A DNA stretch of 64,000 nucleotides from Spirochaetota bacterium. GTDB taxonomy: Bacteria; Spirochaetota; UBA4802; UBA5550. A model generated the notes under the pieces. That model saw nothing but the letters and a program-made list of their open reading frames with translations. It was not told the DNA's origin and did no database searches. Shown in pieces: positions 29,334 through 39,514 of the stretch. The position numbers were made by a program, and so were the translations under genes. The stretch covers positions 1,088,001-1,152,000 of the forward strand of contig CAXXHB010000003.1 in NCBI GenBank assembly GCA_963664815.2, given 5' to 3'. How positions within the stretch are numbered: position 1 is the first letter of the stretch; each line of letters starts with the position of its first letter.

Positions 29334-29356
29334 CGCCCCTTCACCGGGGCGATTTA
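29334..29356 (+). terminator. Probable terminator after tyrS
   Basis: CGCCCC-TTCACC-GGGGCG followed by ATTT. Confidence 0.45.
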
Positions 29357-29667
29357 AAATGTTTTAAATAATATTTTACCCCGCCCTACAGGCTGATTTA
29401 TTGCCGTAATACAGCTTAATTCTTTGCAGTAAGCATCGTTAATGTAATATATAAAAACCTCATAGAAAACCACTCATTTTTATTTTAACCACACAAAAAA
29501 GTTAAAATCATGTCACAAAATTAAAATCTCCCGGTATAAGAAAATGATGAAAACAATTATGCAAGTAATACAAACACTGGTAAATCAATAAGTCAGATGA
29601 CGGGAAAGAATTGTATAATTGAAGAATGTTTCCTCCATAGATGGATAATTTTAAAACGAGGTGTTAT

Positions 29668-30809
29668 ATGTCATTAACCGAAGATGTTAAAAGTTACGCG
29701 CTTGAACTTGGTTATAGTGCTGTGGGGGTCACTACAGCGGATCCATTTCCCATGTATGCGAATGCGCTGAATGAACGATCCGCGGATTATGACTGGGCGA
29801 TAAACACCGGGCTTGGACTGGAGAATGCAGTTGATCCGGCTAACCGGCTGAAGGGTGCGAAATCTATTATCGTAGCCATTTATGATTATTTCAAAGAGCA
29901 CTTCCCTGAAAATCTTGTAGGCAGGATCGGCAGATTGTACCAATCGCGTTCCTACATAGAGCCTCCCACAAGTATCGGTGGCGTACGCGTGCAACTGATG
30001 CGGCAGTTCCTTGAATCGAGGGGGATTCAGGTTGGAAAATGGTTTATGATTTCATCTGGTGTCCCCGACCGACTTGCGGCAGTCCGCGCCGGAGTAGGGG
30101 AAATAGGCCGTAATACAGTTGTATGTACACCCGGAATAGGAACTTTTATTCTCATCCACACCTATATTGTTGATGCCGAACTGGAATATGACAAACCTGC
30201 TGAATTGACACACTGCCCGGCCGGCTGCAGATTGTGCGTCGATGCCTGCCCGACAGGAGCAATTGTGGGTGATTTCCGTATTAATCCGCGTAGATGCATT
30301 ACATTCAATAATGTTGTTAATGTCCAGGGCTTCCAAAACACAACGTCATATATAGATACTGAACTTCGGCCTAAAATGGCATGCTGGATCCACGGATGCG
30401 ATGTCTGCCAGGCAGTATGTCCGCGTAATCAGGTGAAGCTCAATGCCGGGCTGCCGGAAAACGCCTTTCTGGAGCAACTGCGAAAAAATTCAGTCTGCCC
30501 GGACTCCTGAAAATGGACACTGAGTTTGAAAAAAAAGCAGTGGCCCCTCTTATGCATATTTATATCCGCAACCGGAAGTATTTTCAGCGGAATGCTGCGA
30601 TAGCAATGGGGAACAGCGGTGATGCGGAGATGGTGTCTTACCTGGCAGATGCAATGAGAGATCCGGAGGAACTGGTAAGGGCTCATTCAGCCTGGGCGCT
30701 GGGGAATCTGGGTGGCTCCAAAGCAAAGGCCATACTGGAATCCTGTTTAAGATCTGAGAACAGCGAACAGGCGAAAAGGGAGATTATTGATGCATTGGAA
30801 AGAGCCTGA
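29668..30809 (+). pseudogene. queG: Epoxyqueuosine reductase (QueG)-like Fe-S protein with HEAT repeats, split by a frameshift near 30485
   Basis: CxxCxxCxxxCP, GCDVCQAVCP; the -1 frame continues KFSLPGLLKMDTEF...RNAAIAMGN...VRAHSAWALG. Confidence 0.8.
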
Positions 30810-31000
30810 ACATTCCTGCCATGTTATTTTATCTCCATTGAGCAGGAATGAATTGACTAAGCAGTAAAATGAAGTATGGATGATTATGACAGATTACCAG
30901 TTTATGTAATGCTGTTTCAGTGAAATTATTATTTAAGATGTTAGCTATACTTTGTGAAGGTTCTTTTATTAAAATATTAAGGGAGGATATAATAACAATA

Positions 31001-31879
31001 ATGACTATATTAAGTAATCCTTTTAAAGAGAGTTCTGGTGAGTCAGATAATGATGCCTATTACGTAAAACGTGCTTTGGAGGGGGACAACGAATCACTTG
31101 AATATCTGATATTAAGGCATCAGTCATGGATTTTCAATATATCCCTGCGCTTTGTCGGCGATGCTCTGGATGCAGAAGATATAACTCAGGAAATATTAAT
31201 AAAAATAATCACAAGACTTTCAACATATGACTCTGATAAATCGGCTTTCAGAACATGGCTTTACCGTATAACCATAAACCATATTTTGAATATTAAACAG
31301 AGTAAAAAAGAAGCTGTATTCGGATTCTTTTCTTCCAGGTCCGATCTGAATGATTTGATCGAATTTCAGCCGGACACCAGAAAAATTAAAGCCGCAGGTG
31401 ATGAATTGATGGACCGTGAGACTAAAATAAATTGTTCTCTGTGCATTTTATTGTGTCTTTCGAGAATGGAACGGCTGATTTTTATGCTGGGTGTAATATT
31501 TGATATCCCAGACAGGCTCGGAGCTGAAATATGTGAAGTTACATACTCAAATTACCGGAAGATACTGTCAAGGTCGAGAAATAAGGTATTCGAGTTTTTC
31601 AATAAAAACTGCAGTTTTATAAAACAAAGCAATCCCTGTTCATGTAACCAGCAGACCGATAAGATGATTGCTGCCGGAATTATAAATGCCGGTGATCTGC
31701 TGGAGAACAGGGAGTCATACGGCAGAATTCGTGATGTTGTAGGAAATGCAATCAGTGATATCGAAGACACGTATTATGAATTTACAATGCTTATAAAAGA
31801 CAGACCATTCTTTAAAGGCCCGGATATGGTCGCATGGATAAGTGATCTGCTGCACAGGAAGATAATCAGGGTAGGATGA
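31001..31879 (+). CDS. ECF sigma-70 factor with Cys-containing C-terminal extension
   Basis: DAEDITQE, FRTWLYRI, region 4 YRKILSRSR, then CSF...NPCSC; start uncertain (30920 or 31001). Confidence 0.88.
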   Translation: MTILSNPFKESSGESDNDAYYVKRALEGDNESLEYLILRHQSWIFNISLRFVGDALDAEDITQEILIKIITRLSTYDSDKSAFRTWLYRITINHILNIKQSKKEAVFGFFSSRSDLNDLIEFQPDTRKIKAAGDELMDRETKINCSLCILLCLSRMERLIFMLGVIFDIPDRLGAEICEVTYSNYRKILSRSRNKVFEFFNKNCSFIKQSNPCSCNQQTDKMIAAGIINAGDLLENRESYGRIRDVVGNAISDIEDTYYEFTMLIKDRPFFKGPDMVAWISDLLHRKIIRVG

Positions 31880-32036
31880 GTTTTTCGATGATGTGTATTT
31901 ATCAGTTTATCCTGTCATTCATGGTATGGATTATAACATTGAAACACCTGTTTTTATATTTATAATTGAGGCTTTAACCCCTTCATAACATACGACTTAT
32001 ATCAAAGGGGTTAGAGAGAAAGGATTCCTCAAATTG

Positions 32037-32687
32037 TTATGCCTGTGTATAAATGGTAACACTCCCTATCACCATCAGCAGATGTAAAAGGGCCCCTGCG
32101 TTTACAAATACATGGAACACTTCATGAAATCCCATATATGGCGGGAGTGGATTAGGCTTTTTAAATGCATAGACAAGCGCTCCGAGAGTATATGAAATTC
32201 CGCCGGCGATAAGGAGCATTAGTATACCTGACGGCATTACTGCAATCATCGATTTAAACGGTATCACTACAACCCAGCCCATCATCAGATATATCATGGT
32301 ACTGATTTTACGGTGTGCATTGGTGAAGAAGCTTATGTAAATTCCTGACAGTACAAGTAACCACTGTGCAATAAGAATCCCTCTCATCATGGTACCCTGA
32401 AGATAGAGAAAACACATGGGGGTATAGGTGCCGGCGATCAGCAGGAAGATTGCCGAGCGGTCAAGTTTACGCCATACTGTTCTTTCATTTTCACTTTTTT
32501 TCTTGGCGTGGTAAAGAAAACTGGCGGTGAAAAGCAGTGTCGCAGAGATGCCATAGACCAGAGAAAAGAACTGAAGGGTAAGGTTTTTTCCTGCAAGGAC
32601 AGCCAGGACAACTGTTCCTGTAACCATGACGGGTATTAATGCTCCATGAGAATAGGCTGATACTTTTTCACTCTTTAAAATGTTCAT
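32037..32687 (-). CDS. Hemolysin III/PAQR family membrane protein
   Basis: SFLYH, KLDRSAIFLLIAGTYTP, YLMMGW, GFHEVFH. Confidence 0.93.
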   Translation of the reverse strand: MNILKSEKVSAYSHGALIPVMVTGTVVLAVLAGKNLTLQFFSLVYGISATLLFTASFLYHAKKKSENERTVWRKLDRSAIFLLIAGTYTPMCFLYLQGTMMRGILIAQWLLVLSGIYISFFTNAHRKISTMIYLMMGWVVVIPFKSMIAVMPSGILMLLIAGGISYTLGALVYAFKKPNPLPPYMGFHEVFHVFVNAGALLHLLMVIGSVTIYTQA

Positions 32688-32771
32688 TTTCAGGCTCCGG
32701 GGGATATTTTTTCAGTATTATTGCATACAACGACAGTTATAATGAATTAAAGTTGCAAAAATACTGAAATG

Positions 32772-32815
32772 ACCGGATAATCAAGCATTTTTATAAAAAT
32801 GCTTGATTATCCGGT
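32772..32815. repeat. Perfect 44-bp palindrome between divergent genes
   Basis: ACCGGATAATCAAGCATTTTTA|TAAAAATGCTTGATTATCCGGT with no spacer. Confidence 0.9.
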
Positions 32816-32889
32816 GAGATGTCAGATATTTAAACACCATAATAGCTATTAATATATAAAAGGTACGCAATTAAATCATAAAACACCTT

Positions 32890-33816
32890 ATGGAAATTGA
32901 AGAGAGCGTTAACAGAAAAAAATATATCGAGAGGATCAACAGGTCGCTTGATTATATAGATACACATATCAGCGATGAAATAAGGGTTGAAGATCTGGCT
33001 CAGGCCGCATCTTTTTCCCAGTTTCATTTTCACAGGATATTCTGCGCTATAATTGGTGAAACACCTGATAATTATGTAAGAAGAATAAGGCTGGAATATG
33101 CCGCCAGTCTTATGTTTAAAAACAGGTTAATCAGTATAACAGATGCCGCAATGCGTTCAGGTTTTTCAACTCCTGCTCTCTTTTCAAGAAATTTTAAAAA
33201 ACACTTCGGTCTCCCGCCATCTTTGTGGTTAAAAAGCAGGATCAGACAAAACAAAAGCAATATTAGACAAATTGAAAGCAGGAATAGGAATGCGCAGACA
33301 ACGACAGGTGCAGTACATATAACCGGTAAAGGGTACAGGGAGGAGCTGTCGGTAAAAGTAATAAGGATAAATCCCTTTCAGGTGGCTTTTGTAAGGCACT
33401 TATACGGCTATAACAGGGGAATCAGAACGGCGTATTTGAAACTGTTCAGGTGGCTGTCGATAAGAGGTATGGTTACACCTGAAACAAGAATTATAGGGAT
33501 ACCGATGGACAACCCTTACATAACATCGCCGGAAAAATGCAGATATTATGCGGCTGCTTCAATTTCAGATATGGTCGATCCGGCGGGCGAGGTGGGAGTA
33601 ATGGATATCGCGGGGGGTATTTATGCTGTCGCGAGATTCAGTGGCAAATACGGGATGATAAAAGATTTCGACGAGAGATTGTACGGGGAATGGCTTCCGG
33701 ACAGCGGTTATGAACCGGTCGACGCCTTTACCTTCATGGTCTATCTGAAGAAGCCCGAACAGGGCGGTGAACTTCTTCATGAGTTTGACCAGTATATTCC
33801 TGTTAAACCGATGTAG
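32890..33816 (+). CDS. AraC family regulator with a GyrI-like ligand domain
   Basis: FSQFHFHRIF...RIRLE...GFSTPALFSRNFKKHFG; C-terminal DNP...CRY...WLPDSG. Confidence 0.93.
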   Translation: MEIEESVNRKKYIERINRSLDYIDTHISDEIRVEDLAQAASFSQFHFHRIFCAIIGETPDNYVRRIRLEYAASLMFKNRLISITDAAMRSGFSTPALFSRNFKKHFGLPPSLWLKSRIRQNKSNIRQIESRNRNAQTTTGAVHITGKGYREELSVKVIRINPFQVAFVRHLYGYNRGIRTAYLKLFRWLSIRGMVTPETRIIGIPMDNPYITSPEKCRYYAAASISDMVDPAGEVGVMDIAGGIYAVARFSGKYGMIKDFDERLYGEWLPDSGYEPVDAFTFMVYLKKPEQGGELLHEFDQYIPVKPM

Positions 33817-33870
33817 CTTTCCAACTCCTTCTTTATTCCTGACACAACAGAACATCTGCCGGAGGAGTTA

Positions 33871-35451
33871 ATGTATTCGCATTTTTCAAAAAGAGAGATA
33901 CGCCTTGTAATGACAGGGCTTGCTATCGGGGTTCTCATCTCATCGCTTAACAGCACAATAGTAGGGACATCTATGCCGGTCATAGCAAGAGAGCTTGATG
34001 GTATTGAACTCTACTCGTGGCCTTTTACTCTCTATATGCTTTTTTCCACGATATCTATCCCGGTATCGGCAAAGCTGTCCGACATCATGGGGCATAAAAA
34101 AATATTTGCGGGGGGTGTTATAATTTTCATTATTTCATCTCTCCTGTGTTCAATATCGGGAAGTATGATACAGCTTATCCTTTTCCGCGGCATCCAGGGT
34201 ATCGGGGGTGGAGTAATAGTATCAAATGCTTTTGTAATAGTAAATGATATGTTCCCGCCGGGTAAAGCGGGTAAATACATAGGGTATATTGTATCTATGT
34301 ACGGGCTGTCCAGTATAATCGGACCCGTTGCCGGTGGATTTATTGCCGGGAGTTTTTCATGGCGATGGGTATTCCTGGTCAATATACCGCTGGGGATTAC
34401 TTCACTGGCTATCATACTTGTTTCATTCAACTCGCAAAGTGACAAAATCAGCAATTCCGGATTCGATATTGCAGGGACCGCGGCATTTATTTTTACACTT
34501 GTTCCAGCGCTTTTTGCATTTTCTGTTGCCGGACGTGAGTATGCCTGGGACTCCCCGGTTATAATTTCAATGATAGCGGTGTCGGTACTCTCTCTCCCGG
34601 TTTTTCTCCGCATTGAATCATCTGCGGACAATCCTCTTATTCCTTTATTCCTGTTCCGGAGAAGAGCATTCGCAGTCTCAGTCACCGGAGGTTTTTTATC
34701 CTATGCTGTTTTTTCGGGCGGAATTATGTTTATTCCTTTATACCTGCAGAGTGTGATGAAGATCAGACCTGTAATATCGGGTCTCTGCCTTATGCCGATG
34801 ACCTTGACTTTTATCTGCTCGGCAATTATATCCGGCAGAAGAATATCGGTAACCGGAAAATATAGAAACCGCTTTATAATAAGCTTTATATTCGCAACCC
34901 TTGGTGCTGTACTGTTATTTAATGTAAATCCAGGTTCTTCGCTGTTTTATATTATATTATCAGTTTTTCTGATCGGTTCCGGACTGGGTATGAACACTCC
35001 GATACAGAATATTGCAGGGCGGGCCGGTTTTGAAAGAAGACATTCAGGCACGGTAACATCGACAATACAGCTGTTCCGCAATACGGGGAGCGTATCGGGT
35101 GCAGCTTTTTTCGGTTCCATAATGAGCGTTAAGCTTGCCGGTGGCATGAAATCGATCGACATGACTTCAGTCCCATCTTCTGTAGCATGTATTGTAGGGA
35201 ATCCGTATACAATGATGAATCCCAGACTTATGCAGCTTCTCAGGGGAAGACTCCCGGGAAGCATGGCTGAAGCATTTGATAAAATGCTCGGTTCGTTTAC
35301 AGGTATATTCGCATCGTCAGTGCATTGTGTTTTTTCCGCAATGGTTTTCATTTCAATTGCCGGGCTTATCGTGTCATTCTTTATGGAAGAGATCCCGCTT
35401 AAATCATATGACTATATTCAAAAAGAAATGAATCAAAAGGAAAAGAATTAA
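33871..35451 (+). CDS. MFS drug efflux transporter, DHA2 (EmrB/QacA) type
   Basis: About 14 TM helices, LSDIMGHK, RGIQGIGGG, GPVAGG...WRWVFLVNIP. Confidence 0.93.
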   Translation: MYSHFSKREIRLVMTGLAIGVLISSLNSTIVGTSMPVIARELDGIELYSWPFTLYMLFSTISIPVSAKLSDIMGHKKIFAGGVIIFIISSLLCSISGSMIQLILFRGIQGIGGGVIVSNAFVIVNDMFPPGKAGKYIGYIVSMYGLSSIIGPVAGGFIAGSFSWRWVFLVNIPLGITSLAIILVSFNSQSDKISNSGFDIAGTAAFIFTLVPALFAFSVAGREYAWDSPVIISMIAVSVLSLPVFLRIESSADNPLIPLFLFRRRAFAVSVTGGFLSYAVFSGGIMFIPLYLQSVMKIRPVISGLCLMPMTLTFICSAIISGRRISVTGKYRNRFIISFIFATLGAVLLFNVNPGSSLFYIILSVFLIGSGLGMNTPIQNIAGRAGFERRHSGTVTSTIQLFRNTGSVSGAAFFGSIMSVKLAGGMKSIDMTSVPSSVACIVGNPYTMMNPRLMQLLRGRLPGSMAEAFDKMLGSFTGIFASSVHCVFSAMVFISIAGLIVSFFMEEIPLKSYDYIQKEMNQKEKN

Positions 35452-35490
35452 TAAAAGGGAAAGGAATTAATAAAAAGGGGGTGGAATCTT

Positions 35491-36006
35491 ATGAAGGCAT
35501 TAATTACATACCTGTCGCAGACAGGAAATACAAAAAAAGTTGCAGAGACAATATATAATGAAATAATCTGCGATAAAGATATAATGGAAATGAAAGACGT
35601 AAACTGCGTGGAGGGATATGATATTATTTTTGCAGGATTCCCTGTCTGGCAGTCCGGACCCGCTGAACCTGCAGCGAATTTTCTGAATGCCCATTCACTA
35701 AAAGTCAAATTCGCCCTCTTCGTTACTCACTCCATGCCGTACGAGGCTGAGACGCACGATGAACAGAAACTGCTGACATCTGTTTTAAATAAATGCAGGG
35801 GATGTGTTGCTGATGAAAACCTCTCGGGCTTCTTTCATTGCAGAGGAGAGCTTGCCGGAAATATTGCTGAATTTCTCTTAAAGAGCAATGATCAGAGACT
35901 CATTCAGTTTGGAAAGAGCAGAGAGAATACGGTTGGTCATCCTGATGAAGATGAACTGGAGGTTGCCCGTATTTTTGCAAGAGATGTAATGAGCCGCTTG
36001 TTATAA
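35491..36006 (+). CDS. Flavodoxin family protein
   Basis: YLSQTGNTKKVAE; C-terminal GHPDEDE. Confidence 0.88.
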   Translation: MKALITYLSQTGNTKKVAETIYNEIICDKDIMEMKDVNCVEGYDIIFAGFPVWQSGPAEPAANFLNAHSLKVKFALFVTHSMPYEAETHDEQKLLTSVLNKCRGCVADENLSGFFHCRGELAGNIAEFLLKSNDQRLIQFGKSRENTVGHPDEDELEVARIFARDVMSRLL

Positions 36007-36258
36007 TCAGTTCAATGAAGGTATCAGGTGATTAATTTGAAATAAGTAATACTTTTTAATATATTTAATAAATATAAACGACTATATATCTTCGTCTCTT
36101 TTAGTGGAGGATATGTAGGGATTTCTATATTATAAAAAAAAGTAATAATTATTGATCTGAAATAAAAAATGTCATGTCGGGGATGCTGATTTATTATGGT
36201 TAAGGGACAACCAATAAAAATTATGCTGAAAAATCATTGACATGTTTAACTGTATAAG

Positions 36259-36278
36259 TTAATTAACCGGTTAATTAA
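36259..36278. promoter_or_regulatory. Palindromic operator upstream of the RND gene
   Basis: Perfect palindrome TTAATTAACCGGTTAATTAA just downstream of TTGACA (36237-42). Confidence 0.55.
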
Positions 36279-36291
36279 ATGAAGGTATTAT

Positions 36292-39200
36292 ATGAATATT
36301 GCTAGATTATCTATTAAAAGACCAATATTTATGGCATGTATTGTCATCCTGCTTATGGTCATCGGTTTTATAAGTTTTAAGAGACTTGGCGTCGATATAT
36401 TCCCGCCGATTGACTTTCCGGTTGTTGTTGTAATGACAACCTACTCCGGCACTTCACCGGAAGAGATTGAAAAGCTTATAACCAAACCTATTGAAGAGCA
36501 GGTAAGCACCATAGCAGGTATCAAAAGGCTCTCGTCAAGAAACCTGGAGGGTGTTTCAATAGTTGTGGCGGAATTCACTTTTGAGACGGATGTAAAATTC
36601 GCTGTACAGAATATGAGGGAGAAGGTTGCCCTCGCAAGAAATCAGCTCCCGGACGATCTTGAGGATGATCCTGTAGTCAGGCAGTTCGATTTCACAGATG
36701 TTCCCGTTTTAACCTTTGCTTTTGTATCTGATCTGCCTCCTGCCAAGATGTACGACATGGCGAATGAAAAAATAAAACCTATTCTTGAACAGGTTGAGGG
36801 GGTTGGAGAGGTTCGTATTTCCGGCGGTACAAGGAGAGAGATACGAGTTGAACTTGACAGAGAAAAACTGAATGAATACCAGATATCGACTCTTACTGTG
36901 GCAAGCAGGCTCGGCAATTCCGGTGTAAATGTCCCGGTGGGACGCTACGAGGAAAACAGTAACCTTACAGTTTTCAGAACAATCGGTGAGTTTAAGACTC
37001 TTGATCAGCTCCGGAACACTGTTGTACAGTTTTCCGGTGATTCTAATAATCCCACAACTGTAAAAAGTCTGGGAGAAGTACGTGACGGAACCGTAGACCC
37101 CACTACAATGGCATTTCTTTATTACCCGGTGTCCGATCAGGGTACTGCCGACAAGACTAAAGTTAAAAAGAAAAATAACAAGGATATTAAAAGGGAAACC
37201 AGGTCGTGCCTTATTCTAGATGTCTTCAAACAGTCTGGCGCTAATACAGTAGCGGTTGCTGACGGAATTATGAAAAGAATTCCGGCTGTCAACACCATAG
37301 CCGCGAAGGGTGAAGGGAATTCAAAGATAATATTCGTATACGATATGGCCAAGTATATCAGAAGCAATATAGACGACGTCAAGGAGACCATGTTCATCGG
37401 GATAATACTTGCCGTTCTTGTTGTTTATCTTTTTCTCGGGAATGTCCGTTCTACAATTATTACAGGGATTGCAATACCGAACTCGCTTCTTGGAGCTTTT
37501 ATACTTATGTATTTTATGGGTTTTACTGTAAATATAATGTCGCTCCTTGCCCTTTCTCTTACGGTAGGTCTTCTTGTTGATGATGCCATTGTAGTCCGGG
37601 AGAATATCTTCCGGAAAATTGAACACGGGATGAAGCCGATGGAGGCAGCCGAGAAGGGAACGATAGAGGTAATGCTGGCGGTTATCGCTACATCACTAAC
37701 TATCATAGCCGTATTTCTCCCTATCGGTTTTCTTGAAGGTATAATAGGGAGGTTCTTCAAACAGTTCGGTCTTACGGTCGTATTTGCAATGATGATAAGC
37801 CTTTTTGATGCGCTTACAATAGCGCCTCTTCTGAGCGCGTATTTTGCAGGAACCAAAGGGAAGGCCACTAACATTATTGTCACCGCTTTTGACAGGTTTC
37901 AGACTTGGCTTGAGAGAAAGTATAAAACAATAATAGGATTTTCACTTGATCATCCGCTTGTAATCGTTGCAATAACAAGCGTGGTTTTCTTCGGCAGTCT
38001 CGTGGCATGTGGAGCTGTAAAGAAAACTTTTCAACCCGACCCGGATGAAGGTGAATACAATCTTAATATTGAAGTCAATCCCGGAACCTCGCTTGAGGGG
38101 ACAAATATTGTGGCGCAGAAGATTGCCGAAAAGATCAGAACAATTCCGGAACTTAACTATATGACAATTCAGATAGGAACAGGTCAGGCTGGTTATAACA
38201 AGGCGAGTTTCGGAATATTCATGGTTCCCGCGAAAGAGAGAAAAAGAACAACAGCCGAACTGAAAGAAGTTCTGCGTGATATGATGAAAGAATTTGCCTA
38301 TGCCAAACCATCGGTGGATAATTATACCCGGGCAGGTGGCGGCGGAGGAAGCAATAAGCCGTATATGCTCGTCATCAAAGGAGAGGATCTCAATCAGCTT
38401 AATGAGTATTCTACAAAGCTTACAGAAAAGCTTAAAGCTATAAAAGACCTGACAGAGGTTAAAACAAGTATTGAGGAGGGTGTTCCTGAACTCCAGGTAA
38501 CAATGGATGAAAAGAAAATGCTCATGGCGGGTGTAAACAATAAAACAGCAGGAACCGAGCTGCGTTACCAGATTGAAGGCGCTGTTGCAGGGAAGTTCAG
38601 GGATAATGGACTTGAGTATGATATAAGGGTAAGGCTTAAACCTGGTCAGCGGGATCTCAGGTCAGGCTTCAACGTTACCAAGGTGCCAAATATGCAGAAC
38701 AGGCAGATCCCGCTCAACGCTGTTGCTACCGGAAAGAAGGGGACAGGGCCATCAATTATTCTCAGGCAGGACAGGGCAAGGGCGGTACAGATAAGCGCTA
38801 ACCTGAACAAGGGGGGAGCTATCGGGACAGCCATTGACAGAACAAAAGAGATAATTGAAAAGGAAATGCCTCTGCCGGATGGTGTTACATACAGTTTTAT
38901 AGGTCAGGCAGACAGTTTCCAGGATATGATAAAAAACATCGTAGTGGCATTTATACTTTCAATAACATTTATATACCTTGTACTTTCGAGTCTGTATGAA
39001 TCATTTATTACACCTTTTACTATTCTGCTGGCACTTCCCCCTGCTCTCTCAGGAGCGGTATTCTCACTTTTCCTTACAGGAAAGATGCTGGATATGTACA
39101 GTATGATCGGTATTATTATGCTCCTTGGACTTGTAACAAAGAATTCAATTCTTCTTGTGGACTTTGCACTGCAGAGTGTTCGTGAAGGGATGACGAGGAA

Positions 39201-39450
39201 GGAGGCTGTTATGCAGGCAGGTCTTGTAAGGCTCCGTCCCATTCTTATGACAACATTTGCGATGCTGGCAGGCACACTGCCTGTGGCAATTGGCGCAGGT
39301 GAGGCTGCCAAGTACAGGACAGGTATGGGTGTTGCAATAATGGGGGGTCTCATTATTTCTACGATGATAACGCTTGTAGTTGTTCCTGCGGTTTTTGAAT
39401 ATATAGACATTTTCAGGGAGAAGGTAGAAAGCAAGTTCAGGCCGGAATAA
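36292..39450 (+). CDS. RND efflux transporter permease (AcrB/AcrD/AcrF family)
   Basis: 1052 aa, GLLVDDAIVVRENI, KNSILLVDF, RLRPILMT. Confidence 0.96.
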   Translation: MNIARLSIKRPIFMACIVILLMVIGFISFKRLGVDIFPPIDFPVVVVMTTYSGTSPEEIEKLITKPIEEQVSTIAGIKRLSSRNLEGVSIVVAEFTFETDVKFAVQNMREKVALARNQLPDDLEDDPVVRQFDFTDVPVLTFAFVSDLPPAKMYDMANEKIKPILEQVEGVGEVRISGGTRREIRVELDREKLNEYQISTLTVASRLGNSGVNVPVGRYEENSNLTVFRTIGEFKTLDQLRNTVVQFSGDSNNPTTVKSLGEVRDGTVDPTTMAFLYYPVSDQGTADKTKVKKKNNKDIKRETRSCLILDVFKQSGANTVAVADGIMKRIPAVNTIAAKGEGNSKIIFVYDMAKYIRSNIDDVKETMFIGIILAVLVVYLFLGNVRSTIITGIAIPNSLLGAFILMYFMGFTVNIMSLLALSLTVGLLVDDAIVVRENIFRKIEHGMKPMEAAEKGTIEVMLAVIATSLTIIAVFLPIGFLEGIIGRFFKQFGLTVVFAMMISLFDALTIAPLLSAYFAGTKGKATNIIVTAFDRFQTWLERKYKTIIGFSLDHPLVIVAITSVVFFGSLVACGAVKKTFQPDPDEGEYNLNIEVNPGTSLEGTNIVAQKIAEKIRTIPELNYMTIQIGTGQAGYNKASFGIFMVPAKERKRTTAELKEVLRDMMKEFAYAKPSVDNYTRAGGGGGSNKPYMLVIKGEDLNQLNEYSTKLTEKLKAIKDLTEVKTSIEEGVPELQVTMDEKKMLMAGVNNKTAGTELRYQIEGAVAGKFRDNGLEYDIRVRLKPGQRDLRSGFNVTKVPNMQNRQIPLNAVATGKKGTGPSIILRQDRARAVQISANLNKGGAIGTAIDRTKEIIEKEMPLPDGVTYSFIGQADSFQDMIKNIVVAFILSITFIYLVLSSLYESFITPFTILLALPPALSGAVFSLFLTGKMLDMYSMIGIIMLLGLVTKNSILLVDFALQSVREGMTRKEAVMQAGLVRLRPILMTTFAMLAGTLPVAIGAGEAAKYRTGMGVAIMGGLIISTMITLVVVPAVFEYIDIFREKVESKFRPE

Positions 39451-39473
39451 AATACTGAAGATGCTGAGGTAAA

Positions 39474-39501
39474 GCAGCCGGATTTTCTCCGGCTGTTTTT
39501 A
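39474..39501. terminator. Bidirectional terminator
   Basis: GCAGCCGGA...TCCGGCTGT plus a T-tract, between convergent genes. Confidence 0.7.
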
Positions 39502-39514
39502 TTTCTGCATAAAA

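Noticed and set aside
35436-35480. Near-tandem duplication of AAAGG(A/G)AA(A/G)GAATTAATAAAA
   Set aside because: A simple local duplication at a stop codon/RBS with no evidence of function.
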